Below are positions 45,608-57,758 of a stretch of DNA of 64,000 nucleotides, in pieces (positions within the stretch are counted from its first letter, which is position 1; each line of letters opens with the position of its first letter). Under the pieces are notes generated by a model, which searched no databases, was not told where the DNA came from, and worked only from the letters and a program-made list of their open reading frames with translations. The translations under genes and the position numbers were made by a program. Source of the stretch: Balanoglossus misakiensis (Eukaryota > Animalia > Hemichordata); the NCBI GenBank assembly GCA_040954595.2, contig CM082589.2:11296894-11360893 (forward strand), written 5' to 3'.

Positions 45608-48600
45608 TAGCTCTGCATGGGCTGGTTAATCAATGTTGACGCAAAGGTTGACCCTACCAAACACTCAAAATTAATGGGCACGACACTGGCCACTAGCTCT
45701 GCATGGCCTGGTTAATCAATGTTGACGCAAAGGTTGACCCCACCAAACACTCAAAATTGATGGGCACGACACTGGCCACTAGCTCTGCATGGCCTGGTTA
45801 ATCAATGTTGACGCAAAGGTTGACCCCACCAAACACTCAAAATTGATGGGCACGACACTGGCCACTAGCTCTGCATGGCCTGGTTAATCAATGTTGACGC
45901 AAAGGTTGACCCCACCAAACACTCAAAATTGATGGGCACGACACTGGCCACTAGCTCTGCATGGCCTGGTTAATCAATGTTGACGCAAAGGTTGACCCCA
46001 CCAAACACTCAAAATTGATGGGCACGACACTGGCCACTAGCTCTGCATGGCCTGGTTAATCAATGTTGACGCAAAGGTTGACCCCACCAAACACTCAAAA
46101 TTGATGGGCACGACACTGGCCACTAGCTCTGCATGGCCTGGTTAATCAATGTTGACGCAAAGGTTGACCCCACCAAACACTCAAAATTAATGGGCACGAC
46201 ACTGGCCACTAGCTCTGCATGGCCTGGTTAATCAATGTTAACGCAAAGGTTGACCCCACCAAACACTCAAAATTGATGGGCACGACACTGGCCACTAGCT
46301 CTGCATGGCCTGGCTAATCAAGGTTGACGCAAAGGTTGACCCCACCAAACACTCAAAATTGATGGGCACGACACTGGCCCCTAGCTCTGCATGGCCTGGC
46401 TAATCAAGGTTGACGCAAAGGTTGACCCCACCAAACACTCAAAATTAATGGGCGCGACACTGGCCACTAGCTCTGCATGGCCTGGTTAATCAATGTTGAC
46501 GCAAAGGTTGACCCCACCAAACACTCAAAATTGATGGGCACGACACTGGCCACTAGCTCTGCATGGCCTGGTTAATCAATGTTGACGCAAAGGTTGACCC
46601 CACCAAACACTCAAAATTAATGGGCATGACACTGGCCACTAGCTCTGCATGGCCTGGTTAATCAATGTTGACGCAAAGGTTGACCCCACCAAACACTCAA
46701 AATTGATGGGCACGACACTGGCCACTAGCTCTGCATGGCCTGGCTAATCAAGGTTGACGCAAAGGTTGACCCCACCAAACACTCAAAATTGATGGGCACG
46801 ACACTGGCCCCTAGCTCTGCATGGCCTGGCTAATCAAGGTTGACGCAAAGGTTGACCCCACCAAACACTCAAAATTAATGGGCGCGACACTGGCCACTAG
46901 CTCTGCATGGCCTGGTTAATCAATGTTGACGCAAAGGTTGACCCCACCAAACACTCAAAATTGATGGGCACGACACTGGCCACTAGCTCTGCATGGCCTG
47001 GTTAATCAATGTTGACGCAAAGGTTGACCCCACCAAACACTCAAAATTGATGGGCACGACACTGGCCACTAGCTCTGCATGGCCTGGTTAATCAATGTTG
47101 ACGCAAAGGTTGACCCCACCAAACACTCAAAATTAATGGGCACGACACTGGCCACTAAGCTCTGGCCTGGCTAATCCAGGTTGACGCAAGGGTTAACCCC
47201 ACCAAACACTCAAAATTGATGGGCACGACACTGGCCACTAGCTCTGCATGGCCTGGTTAATCAATGTTGACGCAAAGGTTGACCCCACCAAACACTCAAA
47301 ATTAATGGGCACAACAATGGCCACTAGCTCTGCATGGCCTGGTTAATCAATGTTGACGCAAAGGTTGACCCCACCAAACACTCAAAATTAATGGGCACGA
47401 CACTGGCCACTAGCTCTGCATGGCCTGGTTAATCAATGTTGACGCAAAGGTTGACCCCACCAAACACTCAAAATTGATGGGCACGACACTGGCCACTAGC
47501 TCTGCATGGCCTGATTAATCAATGTTGACGCAAAGGTTGACCCCACCAAACACTCATAATTGAAGGGCACGACACTGGCCACTAGCTCTGGCCTGGCTAA
47601 TCAAGGTTGACGCAAGGGTTGACCCCACCAAACACTCAAAATTGATGGGCGCGACACTCGCCACTAGCTCTGGCCTGGCTAATCAATGTTGACGCAAGGG
47701 TTGACCCCACCAAACACTCAAAATTGATGGGCGCGACACTGGCCACTAGCTCTGGCCTGTCTAATCAATGTTGACGCAAGGGTTGACCCCACCAAACACT
47801 CAAAATTAATGGGCGCGACACTGGCCACTAGCTCTGGCCTGGCTAATCAATGTTGACGCAAGGGTTGACCCCACCAAACACTCAAAATTGATGGGCACGA
47901 CACTGGCCACTAGCTCTGGCGTGGCTAATCAAGGTTGACGCAAAGGTTGACCCCACCAAACACTCAAAATTGATGGGCGCGACACTGGCCCCTAGCTCTG
48001 GCCTGGCTAATCCAGGTTGACGCAAGGGTTAACCCCACCAAACACTCAAAATTAATGGGCGCGACACTGGCCACTAAGCTCTGGCCTGGCTAATCAATGT
48101 TGACGCAGGGGTTGACCCCACCAAACACTCACAATTGATGGGCACGACACTGGCCACTAGCTCTGGCCTGGCTAATCAAGGTTGACGCAAGGGTTGACCC
48201 CACCAAACACTCAAAATTTATGGGCACGACACTGGCCACTAAGCTCTGGCCTGGTTAATCAATGTTGACGCAAAGGTTGACCCCACCAAACACTCAAAAT
48301 TAATGGGCACGACACTGGCCACTAAGCTCTGGCCTGGTTAATCAATGTTGACGCAAAGGTTGACCCCACCAAACACTCAAAATTAATGGGCACGACACTG
48401 GCCACTAAGCTCTGGCCTGGTTAATCAATGTTGACGCAAAGGTTGACCCCACCAAACACTCAAAATTAATGGGCACGACACTGGCCACTAGCTCTGCATG
48501 GCCTGGTTTATCAATGTTGACGCAAAGGTTGACCCCACCAAACACTCAAAATTGATGGGCACGACACTGGCCACTAGCTCTGCATGGCCTGGTTAATCAA

Positions 48601-51600
48601 TGTTGACGCAAAGGTTGACCCCACCAAACACTCAAAATTAATGGGCACGACACTGGCCACTAGCTCTGCATGGCCTGGTTAATCAATGTTGACGCAAAGG
48701 TTGACCCCACCAAACACTCAAAATTAATGGGCACGACACTGGCCACTAGCTCTGCATGGCCTGGTTTATCAATGTTGACGCAAAGGTTGACCCCACCAAA
48801 CACTCAAAATTGATGGGCACGACACTGGCCACTAGCTCTGCATGGCCTGGTTAATCAATGTTGACGCAAAGGTTGACCCCACCAAACACTCAAAATTAAT
48901 GGGCACGACACTGGCCACTAGCTCTGCATGGCCTGGTTTATCAATGTTGACGCAAAGGTTGACCCCACCAAACACTCAAAATTGATGGGCACGACACTGG
49001 CCACTAGCTCTGCATGGCCTGGTTAATCAATGTTGACGCAAAGGTTGACCCCACCAAACACTCAAAATTAATGGGCACGACACTGGCCACTAAGCTCTGG
49101 CCTGGCTAATCCAGGTTGACGCAAGGGTTAACCCCACCAAACACTCAAAATTAATGGGCGCGACACTGGCCACTAAGCTCTGGCCTGGCTAATCAATGTT
49201 GACGCAGGGGTTGACCCCACCAAACACTCATAATTGATGGGCACGACACTGGCCACTAGCTCTGGCCTGGCTAATCAAGGTTGACGCAAGGGTTGACCCC
49301 ACCAAACACTCAAAATTTATGGGCACGACACTGGCCACTAAGCTCTGGCCTGGTTAATCAATGTTGACGCAAAGGTTGACCCCACCAAACACTCAAAATT
49401 AATGGGCACGACACTGGCCACTAGCTCTGCATGGCCTGGTTTATCAATGTTGACGCAAAGGTTCACCCCACCAAACACTCAAAATTGATGGGCACGACAC
49501 TGGCCACTAGCTCTGCATGGCCTGGTTAATCAATGTTGACGCAAAGGTTGACCCCACCAAACACTCAAAATTAATGGGCACAACAATGGCCACTAGCTCT
49601 GCATGGCCTGGTTAATCAATGTTGACGCAAAGGTTGACCCCACCAAACACTCAAAATTAATGGGCACGACACTGGCCACTAGCTCTGCATGGCCTGGTTA
49701 ATCAATGTTGACGCAAAGGTTGACCCCACCAAACACTCAAAATTGATGGGCACGACACTGGCCACTAGCTCTGGCCTGGCTAATCAAGGTTGACGCAAGG
49801 GTTGACCCCACCAAACACTCAAAATTGATGGGCGCGACACTCGCCACTAGCTCTGGCCTGGCTAATCAATGTTGACGCAAGGGTTGACCCCACCAAACAC
49901 TCAAAATTGATGGGCGCGACACTGGCCACTAGCTCTGGCCTGTCTAATCAATGTTGACGCAAGGGTTGACCCCACCAAACACTCAAAATTGATGGGCACG
50001 ACACTGGCCACTAGCTCTGGCGTGGCTAATCAAGGTTGACGCAAAGGTTGACCCCACCAAACACTCAAAATTGATGGGCGCGACACTGGCCCCTAGCTCT
50101 GGCCTGGCTAATCCAGGTTGACGCAAGGGTTAACCCCACCAAACACTCAAAATTAATGGGCGCGACACTGGCCACTAAGCTCTGGCCTGGTTAATCAATG
50201 TTGACGCAAAGGTTGACCCCACCAAACACTCAAAATTAATGGGCACGACACTGGCCACTAAGCTCTGGCCTGGTTAATCAATGTTGACGCAAAGGTTGAC
50301 CCCACCAAACACTCAAAATTAATGGGCACGACACTGGCCACTAGCTCTGCATGGCCTGGTTTATCAATGTTGACGCAAAGGTTGACCCCACCAAACACTC
50401 AAAATTGATGAGCACGACACTGGCCACTAGCTCTGCATGGCCTGGTTAATCAATGTTGACGCAAAGGTTGACCCCACCAAACACTCAAAATTAATGGGCA
50501 CGACACTGGCCACTAGCTCTGCATGGCCTGGTTAATCAATGTTGACGCAAAGGTTGACCCCACCAAACACTCAAAATTAATGGGCACGACACTGGCCACT
50601 AGCTCTGCATGGCCTGGTTTATCAATGTTGACGCAAAGGTTGACCCCACCAAACACTCAAAATTGATGGGCACGACACTGGCCACTAGCTCTGCATGGCC
50701 TGGTTAATCAATGTTGACGCAAAGGTTGACCCCACCAAACACTCAAAATTAATGGGCACGACACTGGCCACTAGCTCTGCATGGCCTGGTTTATCAATGT
50801 TGACGCAAAGGTTGACCCCACCAAACACTCAAAATTGATGGGCACGACACTGGCCACTAGCTCTGCATGGCCTGGTTAATCAATGTTGACGCAAAGGTTG
50901 ACCCCACCAAACACTCAAAATTAATGGGCACGACACTGGCCACTAAGCTCTGGCCTGGCTAATCCAGGTTGACGCAAGGGTTAACCCCACCAAACACTCA
51001 AAATTAATGGGCGCGACACTGGCCACTAAGCTCTGGCCTGGCTAATCAATGTTGACGCAGGGGTTGACCCCACCAAACACTCATAATTGATGGGCACGAC
51101 ACTGGCCACTAGCTGTGGCCTGGCTAATCAGGGTTGACCCCACCAAACACTCAAAATTTATGGGCACGACACTGGCCACTAAGCTCTGGCCTGGTTAATC
51201 AATGTTGACGCAAAGGTTGACCCCACCAAACACTCAAAATTAATGGGCACGACACTGGCCACTAGCTCTGCATGGCCTGGTTTATCAATGTTGACGCAAA
51301 GGTTGACCCCACCAAACACTCAAAATTAATGGGCACGACACTGGCCACTAGCTCTGCATGGCCTGGTTAATCAATGTTGACGCAAAGGTTGACCCCACCA
51401 AACACTCATAATTGATGGGCACGACACTGGCCACTAGCTCTGGCCTGGCTAATCAAGGTTGACGCAAGGGTTGACCCCACCAAACACTCAAAATTTATGG
51501 GCACGACACTGGCCACTAAGCTCTGGCCTGGTTAATCAATGTTGACGCAAAGGTTGACCCCACCAAACACTCAAAATTAATGGGCACGACACTGGCCACT

Positions 51601-51601
51601 A
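45608..51601. repeat. 86-bp satellite array (~70 monomers; 83/84-bp variants)
   Basis: Monomer TAGCTCTGCATGGCCTGGTTAATCAATGTTGACGCAAAGGTTGACCCCACCAAACACTCAAAATTGATGGGCACGACACTGGCCAC, no spacers. Confidence 0.98.
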
Positions 51602-51609
51602 CATGTATT

Positions 51610-52446
51610 TGTGATATTTTACATGGTTAACCACGCCTTGAGAAAAGTAATTATAAGAGAACTTTGTTTCCAAAGTTAGGGGAGAATAATCTAACGGGAG
51701 ATGGGAGTACCTCAGGCTACTGAGCTCGTTCCCTTCCTCATGTACTTTACTGGGCGTATTTGATGTACTATAATAATTCCGGACAATAAATGAACGTAAA
51801 TCAGATACGTTTCTCCGTGGATCACGGTTCTCGTCAGAGCCCGTTACCTCATCGCTACAGATTCCCCGATGCATGAACAATCATGAGAAACCAGCGGTAA
51901 TACAAGTGTCACGATTGAGTTTTAACGATCATAGATCTTGTTTATGATTACGTAAGAAGTCATTCACTTATATGGTTTTAGTCCAGTATTGACATTGGTA
52001 CTTGACCCAGAGTAAACAAGATTGTGTAATTGATACATGTCAGAACGAGATAGAGATATCACGCGCTAAGTTCATGTTTAAGAAATATCAAGATGACGTG
52101 TTCCTTTTATGACTTAATACTTGACTAACGTATTAATAAGGTGTGGTGAAATTTGAGATCACACATTTATCACCGGAGATCCGTGATGGGAGTCAACGAG
52201 CATGGATCGAGTCGTGTAATTCTTACGTGTGACCAGTAATAAACCAGAACTTTGTGTTACTCGGAAAACTTCTTGCAAGTCTCTGTCTACAAAAGGTTTA
52301 CGATCTGCCGGGTACCTCTCTCGGACTTTATGAATATGTTGGGTGGAGAAGGAGATGGAGAGAATGTACGCCGTCAGCTTTCGGACGTGGCTGATTCCCC
52401 ACAGAAGCCGATGAGGTAAACGTCCGGAGGACGACCGGCCGTAACA
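51610..52446 (+). mobile_element. Possible solo LTR
   Basis: TGTGATA...CGTAACA ends, internal AATAAACC, CpG-rich 3' part; no TSD recognised. Confidence 0.35.
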
Positions 52447-52454
52447 ACAAACTG

Positions 52455-52782
52455 CATGAATTAAAGTTCAACAATCCTTAGAAGACAGGAACGTCAGAGG
52501 TTGAATCTTGATGGGAAAAGGCGAGGTATCGATGGTTATCATCGGCGTACTGATGAAATTGTAGGATGTGGGGACGAATCGGTTTACTATAAAGTGGGGC
52601 TATATAAATGGTGAACAACAGAGGGGCAGTGGCACCCCGTATACGAGAGGTGACTGTGAACTTGCAGTGTTTTCGATGATTACAGTTTGATATCTATATT
52701 GAAGGTAAGATGTAAACCATGTTAGTACTGTGTCTGAGATGCCAAGGTTCGATAGTCTACAAAGAAGTATCCTGTGATGCAA
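52455..52782 (-). pseudogene. Non-LTR retrotransposon (L2/CR1 group) RT fragment
   Basis: HRILLCRLSNLGISDTVLTWFTSYL..RYQTV...YGVP, then after frameshifts FHQYADD. Confidence 0.85.
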
Positions 52783-54527
52783 ATGTACAACTGAAGAAAA
52801 AAGGAATCACAAATCTTAAAACTAAGATGCCGTTAAGAATTAAATTTCGCGAAAAGGAAGTGACGAAATACGTACATTTTCAGGTGCTCTACAACAAGTA
52901 GTCTCCCTATCATCCCTATTGGAGCATGCAGCTAAAATTTACCATGACGTCATTGATTCTACGCGAACGTTTTTCTAATGGCGATAAACATATTTTGTAT
53001 AAATTGTGCTCAAACGCCCGTGAATCTCACTCGCAAAAATTCACAAGTGGCGCATACAACACTAGGAAGAAAATTGTTTAGCAGTCTATAGAGTTTGTGA
53101 CCTGAGATTTGGAAGTAAAAGTTAAACTTAAAAGTTGAGACAGAAGTGATTGAAGAGTAAAGAAACTTTTGAAGTGTTAAGAAAGTTATCGCATTCCTGA
53201 TGAAAAGAAAAGAAAATACAATACATTCATTGTTTTAAGGAACACAAGGAAGACAAGTACTATGCAATCAGAGTATGCATGGATCATTCATCTAAAAATA
53301 TATCTCCGCGTCTTTTGGCGGGTAAAAATAAAATGCTGGAACGGTCTTTTGGATGGCGGACTATTTGTGTCCTTCTTGTCCTCAGAACGCAAGTGGTCGA
53401 GTAGGTTTATTTCATTAAATTCTTATATTCTCAGTTGCTACCATAAATACCCAGTGTTCGTGTCGATGTATCTGGACGTCAAAACGATTCCATATATGTA
53501 CCTCTCAGTATTAGCCAAGCGAGTTATCCCCATCGATAGAGTTTAATTCCCCGTTACATTCCCAACACCAATCCTCCCGCGTGACATTGAGGTTGAAGGT
53601 ATACAAGCCTTAGGAATCATGCAACCATCCAGAAAGTGTAATAAATTTTGAAGCTATGATGTGAGTTTTCAGTTCGTTTCTTCTTTTGATTTGTTGATGT
53701 AACATTGTGCGTTTTAAATAAAAGATAAAAAAATGTACAGCAATGACGTCACAAAATTCACTGGTATTGATAAAGCTATATTATAACCTATATTATATGT
53801 GTTAAATACTACCGTATCTCATTATTGCAGTATTTCGTGCTTTAACACAAAATACGCGAATGGGGTTTAATACAAAACTAAATGACACAATTTCTGTTTC
53901 TTTGCCAAAATTCTTAATCACAAGATCAACCCATCCTTACGCCTCTACTCTATTGCTAAGAGAAACCAGCGTCCGTAACATGCATTGTGAAACCCCTCAA
54001 CAACATGCATGTCAACACTTCATTTTTTCTCCAGCATTGTCAGTTTGGTACCCTGACAACTCACGGGGCATCATGGGACAATATTAAAGCTGATTCAGTG
54101 TTTATGTGCATAAAACACACGGCGGTGGAAACATTCGTTTTAAATTATTGTGGACGCGCGCACGCCCTTGTCTGTGTACAGGTACTTGATGCTTGTCTAC
54201 AGTCACGTGAAACGCTGTTGGTAGTACCCTAGAAGATAGATATCTTTAATCAGAACTTTGGTAAGGAAGGTTTGAGAAGTCCATTCTATGTAAAGAAAGT
54301 TTAAGAAGTGTGTTACCAAAGGGTGTGGGGGTGGCTGGGGGTCATCAATATATCACTCTGCATCACGTTCACAGAAAAGGTCGCGACACGCCCACAAATT
54401 CACTCACGACTTGCGTCACCGGTTACAGGAGTTCGTACAAAAGTGTGGTTTATGCACATTTACACTGAATCAGTTTTTTTGGCCCATGATGCCCATGGGC
54501 CAATACATGCCACGATGCCTCCAGAAT

Positions 54528-54770
54528 GATGATGGCAATGATGGTGATGATGATGATTGTGGTGGTGGTGGTGGTGGTGATTGAGCTTTAATTTCCCTTT
54601 CTTCCTGTCTAACCACTTCCTCTCTCACCTTCACTTATTCGGTCTCTCCCCTCCCCTTCTGTCAAAGTCCTCCCCTCATTCCCTTTCCATCCTGACATTC
54701 TCATTTCCGCCCTCTTGCTTTTCTTCTCCTTTCTCACATTCCTTTTCTCACCTCTCTCCCCCCCCTCCGT
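54528..54770. repeat. (GAT)n/(GGT)n microsatellite and pyrimidine-rich tract
   Basis: Seen directly. Confidence 0.8.
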
Positions 54771-55404
54771 AACATGTTATGTAATATATAAAGTAAAAAA
54801 GTCCAAAGCATGATGTTATCACAGATGACATTTGGAATGTATTATTGTACTATCTGGTTTAATTTCAAACATAGTGGAGTTATTTATTGGCCAGTATTTA
54901 AGCATGTTTAAAGAAGTCAAACAGCATAATAGGCACATTTCATATCAAACAAAATTGACCAAATAAGCTCAAAAGAGGATTTGAACAATTTGTCCCTTTA
55001 AGTAATGTTCAATATTGGATTTACACTTGTGAGTGTATGTCATCTCCCTTTTGTTAGAAACCTCACAGTCATATAATAAACAGGTGACCTGACAATCATT
55101 TGAAATACCAAACTTCGGCAGCTATTCCAGTTTGGTCCAAAAACCTAATTTTAACTGGCACCTCAACTTTAGGACTATTATGGATGTTGCTGAAACTTGA
55201 AGTGGGCTGCTTGTGAAGAGGAAGACGTGGAGTGTCTCTCAGACAACGCTGCGCTCAGTCAGAGATAAAGTCAAAATATGGATTTGACTTGCAACAGTAA
55301 TTTGTTAGTTAAGTCAAATTCAACTTAAATCTGTCTCTTTGGGTCAGTCTTAACGGGTGTAGCATGCTGGAAGGGTGTGCTTACCCATTTCCGACACCTA
55401 GTAC

Positions 55405-55854
55405 CACAGGGGGCTGCAAACATGAAAGTTATAAATGGCGAAGTACGTTCCATTCTGCGTTTTCCCAACCTGTCTTATCATTTGCTAATCCAGAATAAAA
55501 GCTATCCATTTCCCATTAATCACCTGCTAACGACTTAATCTGTGTGCCCCATCCACGGATTAAGTTAATAAAGTAAACATCGGTCAGCGAGTACTGGGTA
55601 TTCTCTTACCAAGTGAGAACTGACCGATGTTTACTTAATCCACTAAATCCGTGGATGGGGCACACAGATTAAGTCGTTAGCAGGTGCTTAATGGGAAATG
55701 CAATAGTTTGTATTCTGGATTAGCAACTGCTAAGACAGGTGGAGGTAACACAGAAAAATAAACAAGCACAAAGACTGTTCATCAATTAATGTTTATTGGG
55801 GGAAAATGCAGGAACTCCGCCATTTATAACTTTCATGTTTGCAGCCCCCCTGTG
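55405..55854. mobile_element. 450-bp foldback (hairpin) MITE-like element
   Basis: CACAGGGGGCTGCAAACATGAAAGTTATAAATGGCG mirrored at 55818-55854; inner ~120 bp arms around a ~30 nt loop. Confidence 0.8.
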
Positions 55855-57493
55855 CGAGTACTACCACTTAGCAGTGGTTCAAGATGATCCTGTTGAAATT
55901 GTAAGTTTTTCTCTTATTTCTTTTTTGAACCTGGACCTGGTAATTAGCTTAGCCTGAGTAATATTGATTATTGGACCTGGTTTGATGTCTTATTATAACA
56001 ACTACAGAAGAATCTCTGGACACAGTGAAATACAATCCAGGGTTATGGTAATGACTGACAAATTGTCAGTTTAAAAAAGTAGACAAAGAACTCAGTTAAA
56101 TATTATAATAAAAATATGCTTTTAATATAAGGAAAAGGTACAATTGATATACTTGTAATTAAAACATAAATATAATGATGAAATTCTTCAACTGTTCTGT
56201 AGTTGCACCAGTATTTGTATAAGCTAAAAATGTTGACTTCTGGCAGGACAACTCAAACAGATATTAAACTTATTTATAGTACTTCCACTTCATGACTTTG
56301 TTCAAAAATTTCCCAAACTTATTTCATTGTTGATGAGTTGTCACCTCCGAACAACACAAAAAGGAACAGTTTGTATAAAAAAGTAATTTTGCATGAATCT
56401 TAAACATACATGCACAAGTTGAGTGAATAACACAATATAATCATATTCTACAATGAATTACAATATCAAGATTAAGGGTTTCACATATGACATTACATTG
56501 CTACATTTTATATACATGAATTTAATTTGAAAAATTTCCATTGATCTATAACACCATGAATAATATAAAAATATGCGAATAAATACTTTGAATTATTATA
56601 TATACATGTCAGGTCTCAAAGTGAGTAACTATATTTCCATTCACCTATGAACTGGTTATTAACCAAATGAAATGATAGGATCTTTTATTTTGAGGATCTT
56701 ATAATTGTGATCATACACATCCATATTCCAAAATTCGCATGCCAAACAAATATCAGATTTATACGGCCAGTTGTAAAGACAGTACAAGGGGCAAAAAAAT
56801 TGATAATAGTTAATCATCATCTCCCTTCTTTTACAGTCTTGGAGAATGGTGACGGTTGAAGTCAAATTAAAGAAAAATATCAAGAAAAATATCAAAATTT
56901 GAAGCACTAATTCAGGAGGATATATATCATCGGGAGGTAGTCACTGAATATATTGAGAGAAATAATTCATAATCTATGCATTTGGATGAAAAGACCTTCT
57001 ACCTGATCAAGTTAAGGATAAATGCTGCCTTGTATGAATACAGAAGCAAGTCAGCATGCAAAGGGAGAGCTGAATTGGTACACTGTTAAATTTGTCCTCC
57101 AAATTCAACAAAAATATGTTGTTGTTTAGGAATTCTCGTATTATCATATCTTTTTCATTACACAATACCTTATAATAAGTCATAACAAATTTTTAAGGAA
57201 AATTCTTTAAAATATGTAAAATATATAGCCTTATAACCAACATACTTTAAAGATGATTATTTATGATCATTTCATTCAGATGTTGCTAAGAGTGTAATAA
57301 TAAAGATCTGTTTCACTCCAACCAATTTAATGTGCGCTTATCACAGTACTGTCGTCTGACAAAGCATAACTATTATTGTTATCATTTATGGGATTATACC
57401 AAGCTTATCACAGTACTGTGTCAACTCACAAAATGAAAACCATTCTAGTTATCATTTGAATTATACCATACATGTACACACAGAGATGGCACA

Positions 57494-57758
57494 TTAGAAG
57501 TATCTGTCTCCGTGACTCTCATGAAATAGTTCATTTCTACTCTTAAGAGGCCTTGGTCTCCATTCCTCACTTCCACTGGCACTACCACTGTCGCCACTAT
57601 ACATGGGATTGTAGTGATAGATTTCTCTGAAGGCTTCCTCATCTTCCACACTTTTCCCTGCCTTGCTATCAACATCATCTGTATCATCAAACCAATGGAT
57701 ATCCATAGTTGCCTCTTGTTCTTCCCAGCCTGGATGTTTCTTTCCTCCAAGAGCACAC
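57494..57758 (-). CDS. Last exon, acidic cytoplasmic tail with YNPMY
   Basis: CAG acceptor, phase 2 matches the TM exon; NPxY motif; TAA stop. Confidence 0.8.

Noticed and set aside
45608-51601. CRISPR array
   Set aside because: Head-to-tail monomers with no unique spacers, no cas genes, eukaryotic context
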